The translations under genes and the position numbers were made by a program. Shown here piece by piece: positions 1 through 9,017 of a stretch of DNA of 64,000 nt. Where the stretch lies: assembly GCA_902591925.1 (NCBI GenBank), contig CACJCN010000005.1, forward strand, positions 19,212-83,211. The letters run 5' to 3'. Position 1 is the stretch's first letter; each line of letters opens with the position of its first letter. Origin of the DNA: an uncultured SAR86 cluster bacterium. GTDB lineage: Bacteria > Pseudomonadota > Gammaproteobacteria > Magnimaribacterales > D2472. Under the pieces are notes generated by a model. It was not told the DNA's origin and ran no database searches. It was given only the letters and a program-made list of their open reading frames with translations.

Positions 1-1
1 A

Positions 2-193
2 GCTCCTGAAGATTGGATTTATTCAGGTTCGCATTTAATGTTGATGCCAAAAGATCCTGCTTCTTTAGAGGGAGTGTCGACTGACTTCACTACTGGATCA
101 CCATACGTAATGATGGAAGGAACTCCTTTTGTTCATTTAATGATACCTCTTGAGGGCTACTACAAGTATCAACCAGAGTCAGCACCAAAATAA
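2..193 (+). CDS. 3' end of a CDS truncated by the window edge; product not recognised
   Basis: Open frame from position 2 to TAA at 191-193 (APEDWIYSGSHLMLMPKD...YKYQPESAPK*). No family recognised. Confidence 0.4.
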   Translation, partial: APEDWIYSGSHLMLMPKDPASLEGVSTDFTTGSPYVMMEGTPFVHLMIPLEGYYKYQPESAPK

Positions 194-199
194 TTCAAC

Positions 200-505
200 A
201 TGGAAAGATATAAAACATTTAAGGATTTTTATCCATACTACCTGTCTGAGCACGACAATAAGTACACAAAACTAATGCATTTTATTGGAACAAGTATTGG
301 TTTAGTTTTCTTAATTAATTTTCTCTTAAGTTTCAATTTTTTATACCTTCTATTTGCATTCATATCTGGATATGCATTTGCATGGGTTGGCCATTTCTTT
401 ATTGAAAAGAATAAACCAGCAACATTTAAATATCCTTTCTATAGTTTTATAGGTGATCATAAAATGTACATTGAAATTCTTCAGGGAAAACATAAAATTT
501 TTTAG
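200..505 (+). CDS. DUF962 (Mpo1-like) small membrane protein
   Basis: 101 aa. FYPYYLSEH...HFIGTS...AWVGHFFIEKNKPATFKYP matches the short bacterial DUF962 pattern. Two hydrophobic helices. Confidence 0.75.
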   Translation: MERYKTFKDFYPYYLSEHDNKYTKLMHFIGTSIGLVFLINFLLSFNFLYLLFAFISGYAFAWVGHFFIEKNKPATFKYPFYSFIGDHKMYIEILQGKHKIF

Positions 506-528
506 TATTTTTAATTGTTATATAAAAT

Positions 529-1311
529 ATGTGCTCAATTAATAAGAATTTTTGGGCAGATCCTCCATGGGGCGACGGCAACAGAAAATATCGACTAGGG
601 TTAAGTCCGATAGAAAATGCAAAATGGTTAAACAGAAAGCCGGATTCAGAATTAAGTAGCTATAAAAAAAATCTTTTGGATAAAAAATATTCTGATGTTA
701 TTGCGGCTACAGACGATTCAATAGATGCACAAATATATTTAGGAGAAGTTTTTGGCATAACTGATTCAAAGTATCCAGATTTGATAGCAGAATTTAGCCT
801 AAACATCCAAGATGATTTATGTTTACTAGAGTCAAAAAATAGTCAAAGACTTTTAGCAGCTAGTATATGTTCGCCAAGTTACTGGGATGTTAAAACAAAG
901 ATTGGTAAGCCTTTAAAACAAATACATCAACCAGTTAAATCTCTTGAAGAGAAAGTCGGTGACAGAATTGCGAAATTTATAAGCCAAGCTCCTGTTATGA
1001 AACCATTTGCTCGACAGAATTGGCTAATACATGGAGACACAAAAAGATTTTATTTAACTGAGGAAAAAGAATTAACATCCCATCCATCACAATGGTATAT
1101 AAGATCGGAAAAAGAAACCTTATGTAGATATCATGAAGATTATTCTCTTTTCACCATTAATGTTATGTTTCAACCCTTGAAATATGTTCATCAATTCCAT
1201 GACAAAAAGATTGCTCTTATTAAAAGCTTGGAATTAATGGATGAAGATGAATCAAAATATTTTGGCGGCACTAAAAAAATTAACTCCATATTAGAATATC
1301 TTCAAACATAA
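529..1311 (+). CDS. DUF3445 family protein (heme-dependent oxidative N-demethylase alpha-subunit-like)
   Basis: 260 aa. N-terminal R.GL.P....WL...... followed by KK.LL......V.A motif layout typical of PF11927, recalled from memory. Confidence 0.6.
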   Translation: MCSINKNFWADPPWGDGNRKYRLGLSPIENAKWLNRKPDSELSSYKKNLLDKKYSDVIAATDDSIDAQIYLGEVFGITDSKYPDLIAEFSLNIQDDLCLLESKNSQRLLAASICSPSYWDVKTKIGKPLKQIHQPVKSLEEKVGDRIAKFISQAPVMKPFARQNWLIHGDTKRFYLTEEKELTSHPSQWYIRSEKETLCRYHEDYSLFTINVMFQPLKYVHQFHDKKIALIKSLELMDEDESKYFGGTKKINSILEYLQT

Positions 1312-1347
1312 CTATAGTAAAATAGTATTTCTACGGGGGCAATTTTG

Positions 1348-2721
1348 ATGAACAGTGATTACTATAAGCAATTAGTAAAAAAATCTAATGAAATTTCAAT
1401 TAAGTGGAGATCTGTTCCAGCACCCCAAAGGGGTGAATACATTAGAAAGTTTGGAGAAGAGCTAAGAAAACAAAAAACCATTCTTGCAGCATTAATCACT
1501 GAAGAGGCAAGGAAGATTAAAACAGAGTCTTTGGGCGAAGTCCAAGAGGCAATTGATATGTGTGACTTTGCTGTTGGCTTAAGCAGACAACTCTATGGAC
1601 TAACTATGCCAAGTGAAAGAGCTAATCACAGACTTCAAGAAATCTGGCATCCATTAGGAATAGTTGGATGTATTACAGCTTTTAATTTTCCAATGGCTGT
1701 TTTTGCCTGGAACTTCTGTTTAGCAGCAGTTTGTGGCAACAGCATAATCTGGAAACCAAGCCCTCGATCAAACGGTTGTGCACAAGGAATTAAAAATGCC
1801 TGGGACAAAGTAAGCGAAGATTTTTCTGATCTTATTTTAATTTTAGAGGGTGGCAATGAGGAATCAATTGCACTTTGCGAGGATAGCAAAATTTCTTTAA
1901 TTTCTGCAACTGGAAGTACTAAGATGGGTAAAGAATTGGCACCAATTGTATCAGCTAGACTTGGAAAATTATTGTTAGAACTTGGTGGCAATAATGCAGC
2001 AATCATATGTCCAAGTGCGGACTTAGATCTAACTATCAAAGGCGTTGCCTTCTCAGCTTGCGGAACTACTGGACAAAGATGCACATCGTTAAGAAGATTA
2101 TTTGTTCATGATGAAATATATGATGAGTGTATTTTAAAACTCAAAGAATATGTCAATAATCTTATAATTGGATGTCCTTCAAAAGACACATCTCAAGTTG
2201 GCCCTTTGATATCTGAGGAAAGCTTTAACACCATGCAGACTATTTTAGAAACACTAAAAGCAAAAGGTGTTCAGGTTTTAGGAGGTGAGAGATTAGAAAT
2301 TGAAGATCCAAACGAATTTTATGTAAGACCAGCCCTGGTTTTGGTAGATGAAATTGAAGACGAAATGCTTAAAGAAACATTTGCACCAATTCTATACATA
2401 AAAAAATTTAGTAACCTAAAAGATGCTATTTCAATGCAAAATAATGTTAAACAAGGATTAAGTAGTTCAATTTTTACAAATGATATGCGTGAATCAGAAT
2501 TATTTTTGAGTGAATCAGGAAGTGACTGTGGAATTGCAAATGTAAATATTGGAACAAGTGGAGCGGAAATTGGTGGAGCTTTTGGTGGTGAAAAAGATAC
2601 TGGTGGTGGAAGAGAGTCAGGATCAGATGCTTGGAAAAATTATATGAGGCGCGTTACAGCTACGATAAATTATGGTGAAGAATTACCACTTGCTCAAGGA
2701 GTTGAGTTTGATGACAGCTAA
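1348..2721 (+). CDS. amaB: Aldehyde dehydrogenase, ALDH7 (antiquitin / piperideine-6-carboxylate = alpha-aminoadipic semialdehyde dehydrogenase) type
   Basis: GEVQEAIDMCDFAVGLSRQLYGLTMPSER...WHPLGIVGCITAFNFPMAVFAWN is the ALDH7 signature. Catalytic ELGGNN and GQRCTS are present. ATG at 1348; the track starts at TTG 1345. Confidence 0.8.
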   Translation: MNSDYYKQLVKKSNEISIKWRSVPAPQRGEYIRKFGEELRKQKTILAALITEEARKIKTESLGEVQEAIDMCDFAVGLSRQLYGLTMPSERANHRLQEIWHPLGIVGCITAFNFPMAVFAWNFCLAAVCGNSIIWKPSPRSNGCAQGIKNAWDKVSEDFSDLILILEGGNEESIALCEDSKISLISATGSTKMGKELAPIVSARLGKLLLELGGNNAAIICPSADLDLTIKGVAFSACGTTGQRCTSLRRLFVHDEIYDECILKLKEYVNNLIIGCPSKDTSQVGPLISEESFNTMQTILETLKAKGVQVLGGERLEIEDPNEFYVRPALVLVDEIEDEMLKETFAPILYIKKFSNLKDAISMQNNVKQGLSSSIFTNDMRESELFLSESGSDCGIANVNIGTSGAEIGGAFGGEKDTGGGRESGSDAWKNYMRRVTATINYGEELPLAQGVEFDDS

Positions 2722-3718
2722 GATAGGTATTGTAGGAAGTGGTAACATTGGGTGGGCCCTAAAACAAATGCTCAGAGAGGATTACGAGATACGTCAGGGT
2801 GATATTACAGATGGATTTGATGCAAGCAATATTGAGCATGTAAAAAAATTTTTAACTGGTCTAGATGCAGTAATTTCTGCGGGACCTTTTTCTGTTAATA
2901 AAAATATTGCTGGAATTGCTTCAAAAGAAGGCATAGCTTATTTTGATTTAACAGAAGACGTTGAGACCACAGACTTTATTAGAGGGCTTAAATCAAAAAG
3001 TATCTTAATGCCTCAGTGTGGGCTAGCTCCGGGAGCAATAAATATTTGTGCTGCAGGCATGATGGAAGAATTTGACTCAGTGAGTGAGGTTTTGATGCGT
3101 GTTGGGGCACTCCCAAGATTTACAACTAATGAGATGAGCTATTATTTAAGTTGGTCAACAAATGGCTTAATAAATGAGTATTGTAATGAAGCAGATGCCA
3201 TCTATGAGGGAAAAGCTGTGAAACTTATGCCCTTAGAGGGTGCTGAAAAAATAGTAATTGAAGGTGAAAGTTTTGAAGCTTTTAATACGAGTGGTGGATG
3301 TGCAACCATGTGTGAAACCTTTGAAGATAAGGTGGAAAATTTAACATATAAAACTATTAGATATCCTGGACACTTAAATCATATGAAATTTTTGTTTAAC
3401 GATTTACATCTTAAAAAGAATAAAGAGATCTTGGAGACACTTTTTGATAAAGAGGTACCTAGAACAAAAAATGATGTGATTATTTTTTTTGTTAAGGTAA
3501 TAGGCATTATAGAAGGTGTTTTGCAAGAAAAAACATACCTAAGAAAGATTTATGGCGATAAAAAATATAGTGCAATTCAATTAACTACAGCTTCTGGTGT
3601 TTGTAGTGTGCTTAAAATGTTTCTTGATGGAAAAATTGATTCAAATGGTTTTACAAAACAAGAGAGTCTTTCTTGGAAAGATTTTATTGATAACAAATTT
3701 GGTAAAGTTTACACATAA
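2711..3718 (+). CDS. Saccharopine dehydrogenase family protein (candidate L-lysine 6-dehydrogenase / saccharopine dehydrogenase)
   Basis: Rossmann motif MTAKIGIVGSGNIG at the N-terminus, so start 2711 is preferred over 2672. DLTED...CGLAPGAINI is typical of Sacchrp_dh_NADP. Overlaps the ALDH stop by 11 nt. Confidence 0.7.
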   Translation: MTAKIGIVGSGNIGWALKQMLREDYEIRQGDITDGFDASNIEHVKKFLTGLDAVISAGPFSVNKNIAGIASKEGIAYFDLTEDVETTDFIRGLKSKSILMPQCGLAPGAINICAAGMMEEFDSVSEVLMRVGALPRFTTNEMSYYLSWSTNGLINEYCNEADAIYEGKAVKLMPLEGAEKIVIEGESFEAFNTSGGCATMCETFEDKVENLTYKTIRYPGHLNHMKFLFNDLHLKKNKEILETLFDKEVPRTKNDVIIFFVKVIGIIEGVLQEKTYLRKIYGDKKYSAIQLTTASGVCSVLKMFLDGKIDSNGFTKQESLSWKDFIDNKFGKVYT

Positions 3719-3720
3719 AG

Positions 3721-4419
3721 ATGGCTGAATTTACTCCTTTAAGCTTTTCTCATCTTATCATTGCGACCATTACAATAGCTTTAATAGTTTTTTTACCATA
3801 TTTTTTTATTCATAAAGCTGATAGATCAAAAAAAACTTTAATCATTACTCTTATTTCATTGATGATAATAAATCACGTTATGGATTTTTATTATGAGGGA
3901 TACCTTATTGACATTAAGCTTGGTTTACCTCTTCATTTATGTGACTTCTCATCAGCCTCAGTGATGTTATATTTTTTTACCAAGAAAAGAGAGTTCTTTC
4001 TATTTGCATTTTTTGCTGGAATATCTGGAGCTGGAATGGCTATATTAACTCCAGATACACAATATGGATTTCCAAACATTCATTACATAAGGCATATGAT
4101 AGGGCATGCAATGATTCTTCTGGGTGTTTCTTATGCAATTATCATTGATAATCAAAGACCTTACCTAAAAGATGTGCATAGGGTTTTGATAGTCTTATCT
4201 ATGTTTCTAGCTATGATTTATTTCATTAATTATTTATTAGGTGCCCCAGCAAACTACTGGTATGTTGCTGAAAAACCACCTGGAACAAATGTTACAGGCT
4301 TTATGAGAGAAACACCCTATCACATGATCGATATATATATTCTTGCAGTAATCGTATGTTATTTAATATATATTCCATATCTGATTAAAGATAAATTTAA
4401 TAGACGCAAAGTAATATAA
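3721..4419 (+). CDS. Polytopic membrane protein, YwaF/TIGR02206 (TMEM164-like) family
   Basis: 232 aa with about 7 TM segments. N-terminal F.PLSFSHL and the LPLHLCD motif are characteristic of the family, recalled from memory. Confidence 0.5.
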   Translation: MAEFTPLSFSHLIIATITIALIVFLPYFFIHKADRSKKTLIITLISLMIINHVMDFYYEGYLIDIKLGLPLHLCDFSSASVMLYFFTKKREFFLFAFFAGISGAGMAILTPDTQYGFPNIHYIRHMIGHAMILLGVSYAIIIDNQRPYLKDVHRVLIVLSMFLAMIYFINYLLGAPANYWYVAEKPPGTNVTGFMRETPYHMIDIYILAVIVCYLIYIPYLIKDKFNRRKVI

Positions 4420-5025
4420 ATGGCAAGTGTATCTAATAAACAAATTCCTCAATGCTTTAGAGCATACAGACCAAGGTGGCTTCAATGGCTTGGGAGGACT
4501 GTTCTTTCTATTTTAGGCTGGAAAGTTAGCGGAATAATTTCTGAAGAGTTCGCGAATCGTAAGCTTGTTGTGATTGTTGCTCCTCATACATCTAATTGGG
4601 ATGGCATTGTTGGCGTGGCAACACTTGCTGGCTTAGACGCTAAAATTTCATTTATTGGAAAACACACTGTATTTAAATATTTTGGTCTTGGAGCTTTCTT
4701 ACGATACATGGGAGGAATACCAGTTGATAGATCTAAACCTGGTGGAATAATTAAGCATGCTTTAGATCAGATAAAAAAGATAGATTGTTCACTGATCGCA
4801 ATGGCACCTGAGGGCACAAGATCAAAAGTAAAAAACTGGAAAACTGGTTTTTTAAGAATTGCAAAGGAGCTAAATACTAAAATCATTCTTGCTTCGATTG
4901 ATTTCTCAAAAAAAGAGATTCTGCTTGGAAAAGCTTTTACACCCTCAGGAGATAACGTTAAAGATATTTTAGATCTAAAAAAGTATTACAGTTCTTTTAC
5001 ACCTAAACATCCAGACAAATTTTAA
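4420..5025 (+). CDS. PlsC-family lysophospholipid/glycerolipid acyltransferase
   Basis: HX4D motif (HTSNWD), FIGKH, GGIPVDR and APEGTR acyltransferase blocks. The start directly abuts the preceding stop. Confidence 0.8.
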   Translation: MASVSNKQIPQCFRAYRPRWLQWLGRTVLSILGWKVSGIISEEFANRKLVVIVAPHTSNWDGIVGVATLAGLDAKISFIGKHTVFKYFGLGAFLRYMGGIPVDRSKPGGIIKHALDQIKKIDCSLIAMAPEGTRSKVKNWKTGFLRIAKELNTKIILASIDFSKKEILLGKAFTPSGDNVKDILDLKKYYSSFTPKHPDKF

Positions 5026-6848
5026 TTAAGAGTCTCTTCGATCATTTTATTTACTAGTTCTTCAACTATAAATAATGGTGGATTTCCATGATCTAGAACT
5101 GTAGAGTGAAAATCTTTTATATTAAACTTATCTCCTAATTTATCCATAGCTCTTTTTCTAAGCTCAAGCATCTTAATCATTCCAACCTTATAGCTAAGTG
5201 CTTGACCTGGCCAAACAATATATCTTTCAATTTCTACTCTAACTTCAGTATCAGACATTCCTGTATTAGATTTCATATATTCCATAGCTTTTTCACGGGT
5301 CCATCTTTTGTAATGCATTCCTGTATCTACAACTAACCTCACAGCCCTAAATATTTCACTTTGAAGAATTCCAAGCTCATCATAAGGATTCTCTGCTAAT
5401 CCTGCCTCTAGTGCCAATTGCTCAGAATATAATGCCCATCCTTCTGAGAAAGCCGAAGTTCTATAACCAAATCTCCTATACATGGTAAGACTGTCGTTTT
5501 CTAGCGAATGAGCAATTTGATGATGATGACCGGGCGTAGCTTCATGGTATGCAAGAGTTCTCATGCTATAGGTTGGAGTCTGTTTAATGTCATAGAGGTT
5601 AGCATAAAAAACTCCAGGCCTACTTCCATCAAGTGCAGGTGCTTGATAATAACCACCAGCAGCAGTTTGTTCTGAATACTCAGGTACTGCTTTTACAATT
5701 ACCTCTGATTTAGGCATTGTATGAAAATAATCAGTCATAACCTCAATAGCTTCATTTACCATATCCGTGTAATCTTTAACAACTATTTCTTTTCTATCTG
5801 GTGTATCTGCATACAAAAAGTCTGGATTTTCATTAAGATCATTCATAATCTCGCCCACGCTTTTAGTAGTATCATATCCAAGGCTTGTTAAAATCTCTCT
5901 CATCCTGTTTGAAATTCTTTCTACCTCACTTAAACCCATTTGATGAATTTCCTCAGGTGAGAAATCTGTAGTTGTGTATGTCCTTATTCTCAATTTGTAA
6001 TACTCATCTCCTCCTGGCTGTGACCATATGCCATGATTCTTATTTGCATTTTTTTGTGTCTTTTCCATAAATCCTAATAAAAGCTTAAAACCAGGAGTTA
6101 CACTTTTATCAATAGCCTGTTTAATTTGTTCATCAAGATTTTTTAAATCCTCATCTGTGAGATCAAGTTTATTTATTTTCATCATAAATTGACTATATAA
6201 GGGGTGTTCATCATATGAATAATCAATAAATTCGTTTAACTGCTTTATTACGTGACCATAGACAAATTCTGGAGGATATATTTTGTTTTCAGCCTGTTTT
6301 TCGAGGTCTTTAAGAACTCCACCATATACCTCTTTAATTAAATTAACCCTTTTTATGTAGTCTTTTGCTTCAGATTTATTTCTTATTGGATGCATGCCAC
6401 TCATAAATTCAACCGTATTAAGATGAATTCCTCCAATTTGATTTAATGGATAATCTAAATATGGAAATTCTTTAAGCTCTTTAAGGGAATTTTCTAGATC
6501 AAATATGGCAATTTTTTTTGTAATTCTTTGATTATCAGATAAGTTAGAGTCATTATATTTATAAAGTGTTTTGAGACTTTTTTCTAAATCCTCTATATTT
6601 TTTTTAATATCATCTTCTTTGGGTATAGATAGCTTTGAATTATGTTTTGTCAGCCAATTAAACTTATCAAATACTCCAATATATGTCATCGCTTCAGGTG
6701 AATCCATCAATCCAAATACGAGCTCTTTTCCTAAATAATGATCAATTGAATATGGTTTCATTATGAAAAGATTTATCAAATATAATGATGTAAGAATTAT
6801 TGAAAGAATAGCTAGTCTTCCTAAGCCCTTAAGTATTTTTTTAATCAT
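5022..6848 (-). CDS. DUF885 family protein (metallopeptidase-like), membrane-anchored/secreted
   Basis: 608 aa. N-terminal hydrophobic anchor. AYHEATPGHHHQ motif is typical of DUF885. Confidence 0.8.
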   Translation of the reverse strand: MIKKILKGLGRLAILSIILTSLYLINLFIMKPYSIDHYLGKELVFGLMDSPEAMTYIGVFDKFNWLTKHNSKLSIPKEDDIKKNIEDLEKSLKTLYKYNDSNLSDNQRITKKIAIFDLENSLKELKEFPYLDYPLNQIGGIHLNTVEFMSGMHPIRNKSEAKDYIKRVNLIKEVYGGVLKDLEKQAENKIYPPEFVYGHVIKQLNEFIDYSYDEHPLYSQFMMKINKLDLTDEDLKNLDEQIKQAIDKSVTPGFKLLLGFMEKTQKNANKNHGIWSQPGGDEYYKLRIRTYTTTDFSPEEIHQMGLSEVERISNRMREILTSLGYDTTKSVGEIMNDLNENPDFLYADTPDRKEIVVKDYTDMVNEAIEVMTDYFHTMPKSEVIVKAVPEYSEQTAAGGYYQAPALDGSRPGVFYANLYDIKQTPTYSMRTLAYHEATPGHHHQIAHSLENDSLTMYRRFGYRTSAFSEGWALYSEQLALEAGLAENPYDELGILQSEIFRAVRLVVDTGMHYKRWTREKAMEYMKSNTGMSDTEVRVEIERYIVWPGQALSYKVGMIKMLELRKRAMDKLGDKFNIKDFHSTVLDHGNPPLFIVEELVNKMIEETLN

Positions 6849-6877
6849 GATAAAATCCTAAAAACAATTTTATTATT

Positions 6878-7558
6878 ATGTCAGAAAAACTTGCAACACT
6901 TAAGGTAGAAGAGAATATATCAATAATTACTCTTGATGATGGAAAAGCAAATGTTTTTTCATCAAAAATGTCTAAAGAAATTAACGAATGTTTAGACGAA
7001 GTCTCAACTGAAAACGGCTGTCTAATTATTACTGGAAGGGAAGGTATTTTATCAGGAGGTTTCGATTTAAAAGTCATTCAAGGCGGTGATATAGAAATGA
7101 TTCAAGAAATGACCTTGGCAGGCTTTAAACTTTTATCGAGAATCTTCTCTTTTCCTAGACCTGTCATTGCTGCATGTTCTGGACATGCGGTTGCACTTGG
7201 AACTTTTTTGCTGTGTTGCTGCGATTATAGAATTGGTGTTAAAGGAGATTTTATGCTCGGGGCAAATGAAATGAGAACTAATATGGTGATTCCTCCCCCA
7301 ATTCTTGAGCTAATCAAATTCAGAGTAACTGAGGATCACAAATATAGAGCAGTATTAGGTGCAGAAATGTATTCACTTGAAAATGCAATAAGTGCTGGAT
7401 TGATGGATGAAGTTGTTGATCAAGATGCTTTAATGGATAAGGCTAAAGAAAAGGCATCTGATTTATCAACCATGGGACATCCAAGTTATTCTATGACAAA
7501 AGAGTTGTTTATAGCTGATGCTTTAAAAAAGATTAATGACGGAATCAGCAACTTATAA
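6878..7558 (+). CDS. Enoyl-CoA hydratase/isomerase (crotonase) family protein
   Basis: 226 aa. ITLDDGKANVFS...GILSGGFDL...PVIAACSGHAVALG crotonase fold motifs. Confidence 0.8.
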   Translation: MSEKLATLKVEENISIITLDDGKANVFSSKMSKEINECLDEVSTENGCLIITGREGILSGGFDLKVIQGGDIEMIQEMTLAGFKLLSRIFSFPRPVIAACSGHAVALGTFLLCCCDYRIGVKGDFMLGANEMRTNMVIPPPILELIKFRVTEDHKYRAVLGAEMYSLENAISAGLMDEVVDQDALMDKAKEKASDLSTMGHPSYSMTKELFIADALKKINDGISNL

Positions 7559-7580
7559 AAATAATAGGTGAAACTTATTC

Positions 7581-8093
7581 GTGAGTTTTTTACTTGAATA
7601 TAAAATTCAAAGATTTTTATCAAATTCTGATACAAACATATTAAACGAAGCTTACCTTTTAAATCAATCTAATACTCCCGAGGTAGGAAGTTTGAACTCG
7701 GTAGATGATTTAGCAAAACTTTTGAAAATGAGTGAAGATAGTTTTGTTGTAACTTTTGATCATTTATTAATTGGTTTTATAGTTTGTTTAAGAGAGGGGT
7801 CGGCATATAAATCAAGCAACTATAAATACTTTAGTCAGAGGCTGGATAAATTTCTATATATTGATCGCATCGCGATAAAAACTGATATGAGAAGAAAAGG
7901 TATTGGAGAAGAAGTTTATAGCCACATTCAAAAAACAGCTGATTTAAATAAAATCCCTTTGTGTTGTGAAATAAATACGATTCCTTTAAATAGGCCATCT
8001 ATACAATTTCACACGAAATTAGGATTTGAAGAAGTAGGTCACAAATCTTTTAATGATCATACGGTAGCTTATTTTATTAAAAAAAATAAATAA
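7581..8093 (+). CDS. GNAT family N-acetyltransferase
   Basis: 170 aa with a GTG start. Acetyl-CoA binding motif RRKGIGEEVY and C-terminal GFEEVG. Confidence 0.8.
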   Translation: MSFLLEYKIQRFLSNSDTNILNEAYLLNQSNTPEVGSLNSVDDLAKLLKMSEDSFVVTFDHLLIGFIVCLREGSAYKSSNYKYFSQRLDKFLYIDRIAIKTDMRRKGIGEEVYSHIQKTADLNKIPLCCEINTIPLNRPSIQFHTKLGFEEVGHKSFNDHTVAYFIKKNK

Positions 8094-8146
8094 TATTTAT
8101 ATATATCAAATATTATTTTTCAAAAATATCATGATAGAGTTTAAAG

Positions 8147-9007
8147 ATGTTTTTAGAAACTTCTTTGCTATTTAAAACAATCATAATTTTGTCAGCTCAG
8201 TTGGGAATAGTGATAGCAGTATGCTTTTATTGTCTTTATAGAGCGAGGATAGCTTATGAATCTAATACCTCATTCCTGGGATTATGTTTCAGAGGTGCAG
8301 TAAATATGCAAGGAAAGTTAGATCTTATACCTTATAAGAAAATTAAGGATACTTTCCCAAAAAAAATGATCTACATGTCAGGAGAGGAGGAAATTACTGA
8401 GATTGCAAATAATCAAGATGAAGTAATTGAGTGGTTAAAAAAAGGATACATGCATGAGTCAATAGGAACAGATTATTTGTGGCCAATAATGATATTTTGG
8501 TTTATTTGTCTTTTTGGGACAACGGGAGCAATTTCTTTTTTTGATACAAGTATTTGGATAGAAGCTATCCTTTTCACTGCAACAAGTATCAGCTTTGGAC
8601 CGCTATTAGCATTTATTATGCTTGAGATGGACGAAAACGATGGCTTTACAGCTTTGAAGATTGTTTTGGCTGTGACTTTGATGACAGGCTTTATAGGATA
8701 TGGAGATTTTTATTCTTTTTCTGAAAACTCTTTATTTGGATACATTCTTTTAATAAGTCTGTTTGGGTTGATAGTATTTAATTTTGCACGTCTTTTTATG
8801 CAAATAAGCAGACCAAAAGTAAGAGTATCTGCAATATTTGGCGCAGTATTATTTTCTTTATTTTTATTGTATGACTTTGATTATCTCGAGAAGCAATCTC
8901 AGTTAGGAAACAATACGTGGTCTAATGCAGTTGATATAGCTTTTATTTTATATTTAGATATTATTAATTTATTATTGGAAATATTAGAATATATGGGAAA
9001 TTCATAG
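8147..9007 (+). CDS. Multi-pass membrane protein, distant Bax-inhibitor-1/YccA-like
   Basis: 286 aa with about 7 TM segments. C-terminal LYLDIINLLLEIL resembles the BI-1/YccA C-terminal motif (LYLDFINLFL.LL). About 80 aa soluble insert after TM1. Confidence 0.45.
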   Translation: MFLETSLLFKTIIILSAQLGIVIAVCFYCLYRARIAYESNTSFLGLCFRGAVNMQGKLDLIPYKKIKDTFPKKMIYMSGEEEITEIANNQDEVIEWLKKGYMHESIGTDYLWPIMIFWFICLFGTTGAISFFDTSIWIEAILFTATSISFGPLLAFIMLEMDENDGFTALKIVLAVTLMTGFIGYGDFYSFSENSLFGYILLISLFGLIVFNFARLFMQISRPKVRVSAIFGAVLFSLFLLYDFDYLEKQSQLGNNTWSNAVDIAFILYLDIINLLLEILEYMGNS

Positions 9008-9017
9008 GAAGATAAAA

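Noticed and set aside
1635-2084. Long antisense ORFs inside well-supported genes. Examples: 1635-2084 in the ALDH gene, 18884-19198 and 19511-19885 in dctM, 42274-42663 in tauE, 52459-53376 in the DMGDH-like gene, 55685-56044 in the rhodanese gene, and 37190-37474, 38672-39010 and 10157-10474.
   Set aside because: Each overlaps a gene with strong family motifs on the other strand. The translations are low-complexity with no recognisable domains. They cluster in the locally GC-richer genes, where antisense stops are depleted. I cannot formally exclude overlapping genes without conservation analysis.
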